Source: Nitrosopumilus sp.
GTDB lineage: Archaea > Thermoproteota > Nitrososphaeria > Nitrososphaerales > Nitrosopumilaceae
Assembly: GCA_965207075.1 (NCBI GenBank)
Contig: CBDBLO010000002.1
Coordinates: forward strand, 1,536,001 to 1,600,000
DNA: 64,000 nucleotides
Direction of reading: 5' to 3'
Position numbers and translations under genes: made by a program. This document shows, in pieces, positions 31,475 to 41,167 of this stretch. How positions within the stretch are numbered: the stretch's first letter is position 1; every line of letters begins with the position of its first letter. A model generated the notes under the pieces. That model worked only from the letters and a program-made list of their open reading frames with translations, was not told where the DNA came from and did not search any database.

Positions 31475-32938
31475 ATGGACGGGCATCTGGAGGACCTGGC
31501 CTGCGGGGCAGTCAGGTATGCGTCAGGCCTGCCGGGGGTCGCATACTGCGACGCCAGGGCAGAGACGCGCATCGGCACGCGTGTACTCGTGGAGAACGGC
31601 AGGATCGATCATGTCAGGGACGTGTCGGATTCAGGGCTCGGCGTCAGGATTCTTGACGGCGGACGCGTCTGGAGGTTCGTGTCAGTATCCAGTCCGGAAT
31701 CGGCAGACGAGGTGAAAGGCGCCATAGACTGCGCCGGCACGGGGGCGCGAAAGGTGGAGGAGGACGGGCCGCATGCCGGAAGGGCGGCTCCATGCGCCAG
31801 CATCGCACTGCGCGACGTCAGGCCCCGCACCGCAAGGATCACCCGCCGCGTTGCAAAGAATCCCGACCCCGACTCGATCATGTCGCTGGGACTTGAGTGC
31901 AGCAAGTCCATCTCAGGCATGCCGCACATAACAAACTCCGTTGCGGCCCCGCAGTTTGAAAAGGTCTCAAAATACTTTACAAGCAGCGAGGGCGCCGACA
32001 TACTTGAGGAGTATACTGACACCACAATCTCAATGACCGCGACTGCGACTGCGGACAATGCAAGGAGCGGGGGCCGTATTACGCGCACAGTCGACTCGAC
32101 TGTCGGCGGCAGGGGGGGACTGGAGGTGGTAGACGGCAAGTCACACTCAAGGGGCCTGTACGTGGCGTCAAGGGCCTCTGAGCTTGCAGCGGCCGGCACG
32201 GCAAGGCGTGTGGCCGACGCGGATGTCGTAATGAACCCGAACTTTGTGGCCCTGCTTGTGCACGAAATCCTGGGCCACCCCTCAGAGGCCGACCGCGTGA
32301 TGGGAAGGGAGATGGCGTGGGCCGGGGGGGCGTGGTGGGGCGGCATGATAGGCGGCAAGATAGCATCAGAGCCGCTGAGCGTGTTTGACGATCCAACCGC
32401 GCCCGGCAGCCTCGGGTGGTACGACTATGACGACGAGGGGGTCAAGTCCTCAAAGACGCAGCTGGTCAAGCACGGCGTCCTGCAGGGCCACATGCAGAGC
32501 AGGGAGACTGCCGCCGCGTGGGGCGCCGAGCCCACGGGCAACATGAGGGCCGCCGGCTACGGGTTCATGCCGCTGATACGCATGGCCTGCACGTGCATAG
32601 AACCGGGCGACCACGCCGTCGACGAGATGATCCGGGACATCAGGGACGGATATGCAATATATGACATGAAGATACCGTCAATAGACATGAACAGGTACAA
32701 CTGGAGCATCTCGTGCCAGTACGCGCGTAAGATCACAGACGGCGAGCTGGCAGAGACGGTAAGGGACGTCGTAGTGTCCGGGACGGCTCCGGGCCTCTTC
32801 GGATCGGTGTCGGCGTGCGGCAAGGACTTTGAGGTAACGCCCATAACAAACTGCGGCAAGGGGGATCCGATGCAGTCCCTTGCGATGGGAAACGGCGGCC
32901 CCTCCATACGCGGCAAGGCCACCGTGGGCAGCATATGA
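31475..32938 (+). CDS. TldD/PmbA family metalloprotease (TldD type)
   Basis: LLVHEILGHPSEADR (HExxGH), DDPT, DDEGV, CGKGDP.Q. Confidence 0.92.
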   Translation: MDGHLEDLACGAVRYASGLPGVAYCDARAETRIGTRVLVENGRIDHVRDVSDSGLGVRILDGGRVWRFVSVSSPESADEVKGAIDCAGTGARKVEEDGPHAGRAAPCASIALRDVRPRTARITRRVAKNPDPDSIMSLGLECSKSISGMPHITNSVAAPQFEKVSKYFTSSEGADILEEYTDTTISMTATATADNARSGGRITRTVDSTVGGRGGLEVVDGKSHSRGLYVASRASELAAAGTARRVADADVVMNPNFVALLVHEILGHPSEADRVMGREMAWAGGAWWGGMIGGKIASEPLSVFDDPTAPGSLGWYDYDDEGVKSSKTQLVKHGVLQGHMQSRETAAAWGAEPTGNMRAAGYGFMPLIRMACTCIEPGDHAVDEMIRDIRDGYAIYDMKIPSIDMNRYNWSISCQYARKITDGELAETVRDVVVSGTAPGLFGSVSACGKDFEVTPITNCGKGDPMQSLAMGNGGPSIRGKATVGSI

Positions 32939-32956
32939 GACGGAGAAGAGGGGGGA

Positions 32957-33559
32957 GTGCGAGGCAGCGTGACGGCCGCAAGACTGGATGACATAAGGGC
33001 AGACGTCGAGTCATGCCAAAGGTGTGGCCTCTGTGCCACGAGAACCAACGCGGTGCCGGGCAGCGGGGGGTGCGGCGCGGACATTATGCTGGTAGGCGAG
33101 GCGCCGGGCAGAAGCGAGGACGTACGCGGCGAGCCCTTTGTGGGCGCCGCGGGCACCAGGCTGGCCGGAGCCCTGGCCAGGGCGGGGCTTGCAAGGGGCG
33201 ACGTCTACATCACAAACGTGGTAAAGTGCAGGCCTCCCGACAACCGCGTCCCGACTGCCGACGAACGGCAGCAGTGCTCAGAGTACCTCCAAGCGGAGAT
33301 CGAGGCGGTCAATCCGAGCATTATCTGCATACTCGGAAACACGGCATTCGGATCCATCCTCGGGGGATCCGAGATTACAAAGAACAGGGGAAAGACCGCG
33401 TCCATGAACGGCAGGATGTACTTTGTCACCATACACCCGGCCGCGACCATATACAACCAGGAACTAAGGGGCACGTTTGATGCAGACATCAAGAACGCAG
33501 TACGGATTGCCGCGGAGATCAGATCCGGAAAGGTGATAACGCCTGACATCTCATACTGA
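32957..33559 (+). CDS. udg: Family 4 uracil-DNA glycosylase (4Fe-4S)
   Basis: CQRCGLC, VGEAPG, PFVGAAG, NVVKCRPPDNR, TIHPAA. Confidence 0.94.
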   Translation: MRGSVTAARLDDIRADVESCQRCGLCATRTNAVPGSGGCGADIMLVGEAPGRSEDVRGEPFVGAAGTRLAGALARAGLARGDVYITNVVKCRPPDNRVPTADERQQCSEYLQAEIEAVNPSIICILGNTAFGSILGGSEITKNRGKTASMNGRMYFVTIHPAATIYNQELRGTFDADIKNAVRIAAEIRSGKVITPDISY

Positions 33560-33577
33560 CGGCCCGTACGGGACCAG

Positions 33578-34163
33578 ATGCCGCGACGACTCGCTCCCCC
33601 TGCCAAGAGAATTTTACGCGCGCGACACGGCCACGGTGGCAAGGGACCTGCTTGGCGCCACGCTGGTAAGGAGGGCGGGCGGGCAGACAATCTCGGGGGT
33701 CATATCCGAGACGGAGGCATACGGGCACAGCGACGATCCGGCAAGCCACGCGTACAGGAACAAGACGCAGAGAAACCGGGCAATGTTCGGCCAGGTCGGC
33801 AGGGCGTACGTCTACTTTACGTACGGGATGCACTACTGCTTTAACGCAACGGCCAGGGACGCGGACAGTTCGGAGGCAGGGGCCGTGCTGATCAGGGGGA
33901 TCATACCAAGGAAGGGCGTCGCCACAATGATGAGAAACCGCAAGACACAGAACGCGCGCATACTGGCAGACGGCCCTGCAAAGCTCACGCAGGCCATGTG
34001 CATATCCTCAGGGCAATACGGCGAGGATCTCACGACGAGACCGAGGCTCTGCATCACAGGCAATCCCGACTACGACGTGGCGCGTCACGACATCGTCGAG
34101 TCGACAAGGATCGGAATCAGGGAGGCCACAGGCAAGCCCTGGAACTTTAGGCTATCCGCGTGA
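33578..34163 (+). CDS. DNA-3-methyladenine glycosylase (MPG/AAG); start ambiguous, possible 1-nt frameshift in a C5 run
   Basis: LPREFYARDT..VARDLLG, ETEAY, YVYFTYGMHYCFN, AVLIR, GPAKL, RIGI. Confidence 0.88.
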
Positions 34164-34346
34164 TGCTGCAGCCGGACCCAGTACTGTCATTTGCACCCCG
34201 AAGGTCAGCGCGGTACCAAGCCAAATGCGGGCAGCCTTCAGAGTCAGGATCTTGGTAACAGCACCGTGTCGCAGAGGACAAGGACGGGAGAAAGGCAGGC
34301 GTCAATCGCAAGCCAAGTGACAATCACCGGTTACTGCCATCAGCGC

Positions 34347-35156
34347 TCATAAATCGGCATGTCCACGGCCGCCCTTGTCGTCGCGGTCATTGTCGTCGCG
34401 GTCGTTGTCGTCGCGGTCGTTGTCGTCGCGGTCGTTGTCGTCGCGGTCATTGTCGTCGCGGTCGTTGTCGTCGCGGTCAACTGCAACCGAACTGTCGTTT
34501 TTACTATCACGGGCATCATCGCTTGCATCATCAAGCGTCCACGGGGCGACCCTGCCCATGACGCGCCGCCAGTCAAGCCTCAAGAGCAATATCACCACCA
34601 AGGTCATAGATGCGCCAAATATCACAATCCCCACATAGATGGGCGTCGGGCTCTCAATATCCTCCATATACGGCTCTACAAGCGACAGCCCCAGATAGTG
34701 CGATACGAACACGATTACATAGCTCAGCACAAGCTTGCCGGCCAACGTGGCCACGAGAAACCTCTTGGGATCGTACTTTGCAAGCCCCAGCGGGATGTAC
34801 ACAAGATCGTCGGGGATCGGAGTTGCCGCCGCAACAAACGTAGCGGCCGCCCCGTACCGCTTTACAAGCCTCTCAAACGGCCGCATGCGGTCACGCGTAC
34901 TCTGCTTGATTATGCGCCTCCCCTCGTAGCTTGCAAGGAATATTATCTGCTTTGCAGCTGTGGCGGCAAACGCCGAGGTCAGGGCGAGCACATGAAGATC
35001 AAACTTGTCCCCCACAGACATTGTTGCAAGGAGCAGAAAGCCCGGCAGCGGGACAAACGGAACAAGCGAGCCTATGAAATTGACCATTATCAGGCTCAGA
35101 TAGCCGACCTCGGGGGCAAATGGAAAGAGGTCGGCAAAGTCCACAAGCCACGTCAC
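34347..35156 (-). CDS. VTT/DedA (SNARE-associated) membrane protein with a C-terminal DRDDN repeat
   Basis: Multiple TM segments; AATPIPDDLVYIPLGL motif. Confidence 0.85.
   Translation of the reverse strand: MTWLVDFADLFPFAPEVGYLSLIMVNFIGSLVPFVPLPGFLLLATMSVGDKFDLHVLALTSAFAATAAKQIIFLASYEGRRIIKQSTRDRMRPFERLVKRYGAAATFVAAATPIPDDLVYIPLGLAKYDPKRFLVATLAGKLVLSYVIVFVSHYLGLSLVEPYMEDIESPTPIYVGIVIFGASMTLVVILLLRLDWRRVMGRVAPWTLDDASDDARDSKNDSSVAVDRDDNDRDDNDRDDNDRDDNDRDDNDRDDNDRDDKGGRGHADL
34375..34479. repeat. 15-bp coding tandem repeat x7 (TTGTCGTCGCGGTCR)
   Basis: Units start at 34375, 34390 ... 34465; encodes (DRDDN)6-DRDDK on the minus strand. Confidence 0.95.
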
Positions 35157-35315
35157 ATGCAGGATTATTTAACCTTCAAACGCCACCTCCGCGCCAATGC
35201 CCGGTGCGGCGGCGGCGCCAGCGGCACGGGCAATGCCGGAGAACGGAGCCTTTCAAAAAACCAGTGCCGAAAATTCTGGAAATAGCATAAATACGCGCCC
35301 CATACACAAAGCGGC

Positions 35316-35693
35316 ATGACAAGAAGGGAAGACCTCGCAAAAGTCTGCGACCAGATCGCCACGATCAGTCCCTACATACGGTTTGTAGGGGTCATAGACG
35401 AGCACGGGACGCTCATCGCATACAGAAGGAGGGACGAGCTCGCCCCGCTGCTTGACAAAAAGGACACCAAGTACCAGTTCTCCCACATCGCCATAAAGAC
35501 CGATCTTGAGAGCTTCTTTGACGAGAACCTAGGCGAGGTAGAGTTCGTGTGGGAGGAGCGGGAAAAGGTGCAGATCATATCGTTTGCCATCGGGAAGAAC
35601 CGCATCTGGGTGTCAATAGACAAGATGGTCGTGCGCTCAGAGGTGCTCAGGATAGTAGACGCATGCTTGCCAATAGCAAAAAAGTTCCACTAG
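35316..35693 (+). CDS. Hypothetical protein (roadblock/profilin-like fold suspected)
   Basis: IRFVGVID..G.LI pattern; TATA-like CATAAATA ~25 nt upstream. Confidence 0.7.
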   Translation: MTRREDLAKVCDQIATISPYIRFVGVIDEHGTLIAYRRRDELAPLLDKKDTKYQFSHIAIKTDLESFFDENLGEVEFVWEEREKVQIISFAIGKNRIWVSIDKMVVRSEVLRIVDACLPIAKKFH

Positions 35694-35885
35694 CCAGTCC
35701 CCACACCGGCCTGCGGGTTTAGAAGAAAGTCCTGCAATATCGGTATCTCCGCACGCCACAATAGGACACATGATGGAATAACAAATTATTCTTCAAGCAT
35801 TCTGGCATGCTCAGATCATGTGTCTTTCACACAACAAGCAACAAATGCAAAATGGCATCTGCCATGAACTCATGAAACCTGCGCA

Positions 35886-36560
35886 ATGATCACATCATCA
35901 AACAACCCCATACAGGATTCAAATAGATCACAGTTGACAGATTTCAAGAGGGGGTTTGGGAGTCTGAGAACCGGGTTTTTGACGGCAATAGCTGCATTTC
36001 TGTTAATTATTCCATGGGTCGACAATGTGGGGCTTGAGTTCGGCCAGGTCCAGGTAGACGGAATATCCGTTCATGCTGCTGTCGCCATGACTTTGGCTAT
36101 CCTGTTTTCGATGGTGTCGTGGTCGGTGCTTTCGTGGGTGTCAAAAAGCATCAAGCCCACGGGCATCCTGCTAAGTGTGATTACAGGGGCATCCCTGATG
36201 ATTCCGTTTGTTCAGGTCCTTGGGCCCATGGCTTCAGCGCTCGTAGGGGCAGTGGCGGGGCTTTCGGCATTTATGCTCCAAAAAAAGATGTCAAACCCTG
36301 CAAGGAACCGGCCCGTTGCGGTTGCCATAATTACACTTGCAGCTGCGCATCTGGCCCTCACGCTCTTAATCTTATCAGCGAGTTCGCACATATGGGATAC
36401 TGGTGACGGCATAGGTGCATGGACCGGCACGGCAGAAGGCATCGAGAAACGCGGCTTTGAGAACGTCTTTAACAACGGAATCGGGTTTGCCTACCTGGCA
36501 GTGACCGTTCCGTCACTTGCGATGGCCGTGTGGGCAATTCAGAGGAAAAATGAAGGCTAG
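35886..36560 (+). CDS. Membrane protein, locally resembling ammonium-transporter (Amt) helices
   Basis: Several TM segments; W..LSW...KP.G and GPMASALVGAVAG; lower-GC segment. Confidence 0.55.
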   Translation: MITSSNNPIQDSNRSQLTDFKRGFGSLRTGFLTAIAAFLLIIPWVDNVGLEFGQVQVDGISVHAAVAMTLAILFSMVSWSVLSWVSKSIKPTGILLSVITGASLMIPFVQVLGPMASALVGAVAGLSAFMLQKKMSNPARNRPVAVAIITLAAAHLALTLLILSASSHIWDTGDGIGAWTGTAEGIEKRGFENVFNNGIGFAYLAVTVPSLAMAVWAIQRKNEG

Positions 36561-36927
36561 ATACAAGATTACGGTAACAGCAGTCCTGCCGTTTGTGGTC
36601 CTTGACCTGCCCTTCTTCGCATACATGACCGTAATTAATGACGCTTTTTTTGATACTGGTCCCACCCCACATTATTGGAGCATGCCCATCCACACCAAGG
36701 TCTCTGGGTTGAGCTATGTTTATGGAACAGAGGAAAGAGAGACTTGCGGAATTCAGAGCACTGAGGCCTTTGGCGTCATGCGCAAGACAGCATCAGCGCA
36801 CCTTAGAATAATACGGCTGGCCTCGATGCACACATGTATCTCAACAGAAAAGCTTCAAAATATGCAGGAACTTCTTTGGATCGGCGCCGTGATCATGTCC
36901 TTCTTCGTTCCCCAAAGCCATGCTTGA
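36550..36927 (+). CDS. Hypothetical protein, possibly degraded
   Basis: MKARYKI + hydrophobic N-terminus; the 3' half looks unconvincing. Confidence 0.35.
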   Translation: MKARYKITVTAVLPFVVLDLPFFAYMTVINDAFFDTGPTPHYWSMPIHTKVSGLSYVYGTEERETCGIQSTEAFGVMRKTASAHLRIIRLASMHTCISTEKLQNMQELLWIGAVIMSFFVPQSHA

Positions 36928-37062
36928 CGGGCAGAACCAAGTATGTCTAAGCTGTTGGTTAATTTTTCACGAGCGCTTTGGCATGGGGGCCTCTCTTGTT
37001 GCATTGCCGATTAAAAAAAAGACATTGATGCTACGCCACAACGCCAAATATCACAACCTCAA

Positions 37063-40000
37063 CTACCGGCAGACTCGCGCAGTAAACGTTCCAGGCACAA
37101 GTTCGCTGCGTATGTCCGAGGAATAGTACCCGGTTCCAAATACCAGGCCGTCATCAAGTACAAGCCAGGCGCGCTTTGTCTCCAGCTCGCCCGTTATGGG
37201 GGACGTGTGATCATAGACGACCCACGCGCCAGCCTCCCTGCTTAGTTCGTCTAAGAGGCCTTGGGTAGACACTGCAAGGGCGATGGCATCCCAGTCATGG
37301 GTATCGCCTATGCTGGCGGAGTTGACTCCCTGCGCCAGGGTCGTGCCGGATGCGGAATCTACAACAAAAGAGTACTTGGAGTCGGGCACGTCTGGAATTG
37401 CGTTGATCGACTCGATAATTGCCGCCCTGCCGTCGCGCCAGTACTCCAGTACGCGGCTGTGCGTTAGCGACTGCACGTCGGTATCGAGCACATAATAGCC
37501 GGACCCGAACACGAGTCCGTCGTGAAGCTGCAGGTAGGAGCGCTTCAGCTGCTCTATGCCCGTGGCGGGATTGTGGAATATGTAGGCAACCCACAGGGAG
37601 CCCTTCGCGCCCAGTTCCGTAAGGACGTCGTCGACTGACCGGGGGGACGTGTCCAGAATGGTCTCTGGTTGGCCCACCCTGTCGGGCACCACGCCGTCGG
37701 CAAGCCGGGTCCAGTTGGCGGCATCTATCACAAAGGGATACAGCGCATCAGTAGTGATGGGCTGATCGGGCGTGATTATGTCCACCCAGGCATCGTTGGC
37801 TTTGTTGTTCTCGTAAATTTCTATTGCGCCGCGAACCTCAAACTTGACATCGGTTTGTGGAATGTCAGAGGAGTAGTGTCCCGTTCCGAACACCAGACCA
37901 TCATGCAGTACAAGCCACGAATGCTTTAGTTCCGGCTTGCCCGTTACCGGGGATATGTAATTGTAGGTTGCCCACGCGCCTGTCCCCCTGCTCAGGCTTT
38001 CCAAGACATCGGATGCGGGCATTACGGAAGTTATGACATCCCAGTCGGTTGCCGTACCCACGCGAGCAGGATCAACATTTTGAGCCAGCGTTATGCCGGT
38101 TGCGGAGTCAACTGCAAAGGCATACATGGTGATAGGCACGGGCGGAATCGTATTGATCGACCCGAGCGTCGCGGCCCTGCCGTCGCGCTCGTATTCCAGT
38201 ATGCGGCTGTGTGCCAACGACTGCACCTTGGAGTCAAGTACGTAATAGCCGGATCCGAACACGAGTCCGTCGTGCAGCTGCAGGTAGGAGCGCTTCAGCT
38301 GCTCGATGCCCGTGGCGGGATTGTGGAATATGTAGGTGACCCACAGGGAGCCCTTCTCATCCAGTTCCGCAAGGACGTCGCCGACTGACCTGGTGGACGT
38401 GTCTAAAATGGTCTCCGGCTGGTTCACCCTGCCGGGTACGACGCCGTCTGCAAGCCGGGTCCAGGTGGCGGCATCTATCACAAAGGGATACAGCGCATCA
38501 GTCGTGATGGGCTGGTCGGGCGTGATTATATCCACCCACGCGTCGCCGTCCTTGTTGTTGTTGTAGATGTTTATCGCATTGCTGACTGCATACTTGACAT
38601 CGGATTCCGGAATCTCAGACGCATAGTATCCCGAACCCAGTACGAGTCCGTCGTGCAGGACAAGCCATGTGCGCTTGATCTCGATTTCGCCGGTTACGGG
38701 ATTCGTGTGCCGGTAGTTTACCCACATGCCGGGCGCATCTGTTATCGTACTCATAATCATCTCAGCGGGGAGCACCGCGGTTATGGCGTCCCAGTCTGCA
38801 ACAGGGAGGGGGGAGCCTGTCAGGGCCGGATCCACGCCCTGGGCCACGGTAATGCCGGTCTGCGGGTCAACTGCAAAGGCATATGCGGTGATCGGTCTTT
38901 CGGGCACTGTGCCGATTGCCCCGAGCGCGGCGTCCCTTCCATTGGTGTTGTACTCGACTATGTTTGCGTACACCGCGGCCTGGACGCCGGAATCAAGTAT
39001 GTAGTAGCCGGATCCGAACACGAGTCCGTCTTTTAGCTGGAGGTACGTGCGCTTTAGCTGCTCGACTCCCGTGGCAGGGTTGTGAAACGTGTATGTCAGC
39101 CACACGCTGCCCGTCTTCCTGAGATCTGCAACCACGTCCTGCACGGATCTTCCCGAGGTGTCCAAGATCCGTTCGGGCTGCCCCACCCTTCCGGGCACCA
39201 CGCCGTCTGCAAGCCGGGTCCAGGTTTCGACGTCAATCACAAACGGATACAGGTCATCAGTTACGATGGGCGCGTCGGGGGTGATGATATCCCTCCATGC
39301 GTCGTTGGCGCTGTTGGACTCGTAGATGAACCGCGCGTAATCGGTCACCGACTGGGTGTCGGCGTCTGCAATCGTATAGGCGCCCACAAACGTGTAACCA
39401 TCATAAAAGTGGGTCCAGCCGCGCTTGATCTGCGTTATTCCGGTGTTGGCGTTGAAGAACGCAAACTCGGTCCAAAACGTAGTTCCGTCCGGAACGTCGG
39501 AAAATGCGCCCCCGTCACCCGTCGTTATCCTCAGGTGCGGCGGGAGGGGCCCGACCAAGAAAGGCACTGTGCCGTGCGCAAGTATGTGCGTCTCGTTTCT
39601 CACTGCAGGAAAAAGGTCCAGTCTGTTGAGCGCGCCGGAGGTGATTATGTCAAGTCCGTTTTGCGGATCGTTTCTGTACGTGTAGAGCGCGTCGTCAATC
39701 ACGGCCTGCAGCCGAATGTCGGGCAGCGAGAGGCTTGCGCCAAATATGTAGCCGTCGTGCAGTACGAGGTACGTGCGCGTGAGCTGGTCGGTCCGGGTTG
39801 CGGGGTTCAAGTCCATGTGCCATGCCCAGACTCCGGCTCCGCCCGCATTTCGCAGTTCGGCCATGATGTCCCGCAGGGGCCTGTCTGCCGCCTCAAGCTG
39901 CTCGAAGCGCTCGCCCACCAGCGCGGGCAGCCTGCCGTGTGCCAGCACCTCCAGGGTCGCCGCGTCCAGTACGAAGTTTGATTGCGTCGACAGTCGATCA

Positions 40001-40968
40001 AATGCGTCCGGCGTTATCATCCCAAAGGCGCCGGTTCCATGCACCTCGTATGCCATGACTGCAGAGTCCACCAGTGATTTTACCTGGGAGTCGGGTGGAT
40101 AGTAGCCGGATCCAAACACATAGCCGTCATGCAGGTAGAGCCAGGAGAGTTTGAGCTGCGTTATGTCCGTGGCAGGGTTGTGAAACGTGTACGTCACCCA
40201 CGCAGAGCCGGTTGTTTCCAGCTCCATGCGGACGTCGTCGACTGACCTGGCCGCAGTGTTCAGGATGCCCTCCGGCTTTCCCACCCTGTCGGGCACCACG
40301 CCGTCTGCCACCCTGATCCAAGACGAAAAGTCGATCACAAACGGATACAGATCATCAGTCACAACGGGCTCGCTTGGGGTTATCATGTCAAAGGCGCCGG
40401 TCCCGTACGTCTCGTACTGGACCACCACATTTTCTATCAAAAGCTGAACCTCAAAGTCGTCCAAAAAGTAACCGGCAGAGAATATGTACCCGTCATCATG
40501 CAGGTGCAGCAAGGCCCGCTTTGCCTGCGGCTGGCCGTTTTCAGGGTTTGTCTCCATGTGCTCGATCCAGATCATCCCGTCACGCTCCAGGCCGGCTCGG
40601 ATCTGACCAACTGACGTGTCTGCGACATCAAGCGGCATCTGCCCCACGTACAGAGGGCCCGCCCCGTGCGCTACGACCTCCAGAGTGTTGCTGCTTATGA
40701 CAAGCGGGATTGGCGCATCGGAAGTGGAACTCCTCGCGTTTGTAATTATATCAAACGCACCACGGCCGTTCTGAGAGTACAGCGCCAATGCATCAGCCAC
40801 GGCTTTTTGAACCTGCGCGTCAATGCCGCTCTGGTCAAATCTGAGCCGATCTTGAGGGTCTCCATCTACTGCAAATGCGGGAGTCATGCATGCGACAAGT
40901 GCAAGTATGACCGCAGAGGCAATTGATACCGGGTTTGGGCGATTGGAATGCAGAGTGTTAGAAAGCAT
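37063..40968 (-). CDS. Large secreted protein with 10 tandem single-Cache-like domains
   Basis: Signal peptide ending AFA; ten ~120-130 aa units ending in W..Y.F.NP.TG..Q.K..Y..L.DG.VFGSGYY-like motifs; DNA duplication with 750-bp period (e.g. 37741 vs 38491). Confidence 0.85.
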   Translation of the reverse strand: MLSNTLHSNRPNPVSIASAVILALVACMTPAFAVDGDPQDRLRFDQSGIDAQVQKAVADALALYSQNGRGAFDIITNARSSTSDAPIPLVISSNTLEVVAHGAGPLYVGQMPLDVADTSVGQIRAGLERDGMIWIEHMETNPENGQPQAKRALLHLHDDGYIFSAGYFLDDFEVQLLIENVVVQYETYGTGAFDMITPSEPVVTDDLYPFVIDFSSWIRVADGVVPDRVGKPEGILNTAARSVDDVRMELETTGSAWVTYTFHNPATDITQLKLSWLYLHDGYVFGSGYYPPDSQVKSLVDSAVMAYEVHGTGAFGMITPDAFDRLSTQSNFVLDAATLEVLAHGRLPALVGERFEQLEAADRPLRDIMAELRNAGGAGVWAWHMDLNPATRTDQLTRTYLVLHDGYIFGASLSLPDIRLQAVIDDALYTYRNDPQNGLDIITSGALNRLDLFPAVRNETHILAHGTVPFLVGPLPPHLRITTGDGGAFSDVPDGTTFWTEFAFFNANTGITQIKRGWTHFYDGYTFVGAYTIADADTQSVTDYARFIYESNSANDAWRDIITPDAPIVTDDLYPFVIDVETWTRLADGVVPGRVGQPERILDTSGRSVQDVVADLRKTGSVWLTYTFHNPATGVEQLKRTYLQLKDGLVFGSGYYILDSGVQAAVYANIVEYNTNGRDAALGAIGTVPERPITAYAFAVDPQTGITVAQGVDPALTGSPLPVADWDAITAVLPAEMIMSTITDAPGMWVNYRHTNPVTGEIEIKRTWLVLHDGLVLGSGYYASEIPESDVKYAVSNAINIYNNNKDGDAWVDIITPDQPITTDALYPFVIDAATWTRLADGVVPGRVNQPETILDTSTRSVGDVLAELDEKGSLWVTYIFHNPATGIEQLKRSYLQLHDGLVFGSGYYVLDSKVQSLAHSRILEYERDGRAATLGSINTIPPVPITMYAFAVDSATGITLAQNVDPARVGTATDWDVITSVMPASDVLESLSRGTGAWATYNYISPVTGKPELKHSWLVLHDGLVFGTGHYSSDIPQTDVKFEVRGAIEIYENNKANDAWVDIITPDQPITTDALYPFVIDAANWTRLADGVVPDRVGQPETILDTSPRSVDDVLTELGAKGSLWVAYIFHNPATGIEQLKRSYLQLHDGLVFGSGYYVLDTDVQSLTHSRVLEYWRDGRAAIIESINAIPDVPDSKYSFVVDSASGTTLAQGVNSASIGDTHDWDAIALAVSTQGLLDELSREAGAWVVYDHTSPITGELETKRAWLVLDDGLVFGTGYYSSDIRSELVPGTFTARVCR

Positions 40969-41167
40969 AAGGCTAGGGCAGATTCCACAAAATACAGCCG
41001 CTTTTGTCACTACTGTCCATATGTGTAGTCTTATTTATGTCTCGACCCCCGCTGCGCGGCAAATTCGGCCGGCGTCACGTATCCGGTGGCAGAGTGAATA
41101 CGGCAATTGTCGTGGTACCGAAGAACCGGCGTTGGCAGCGGCCGGAATGAGGGCACGGGCAGGGCGG

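Noticed and set aside
34375-34479. CRISPR array
   Set aside because: Contiguous 15-bp units with no spacers, inside a CDS.
37063-39400. Near-identical repeats as a diversity-generating retroelement TR/VR pair
   Set aside because: All copies are in-frame domains of one CDS, differences are not confined to adenines, and there is no reverse transcriptase in the window.
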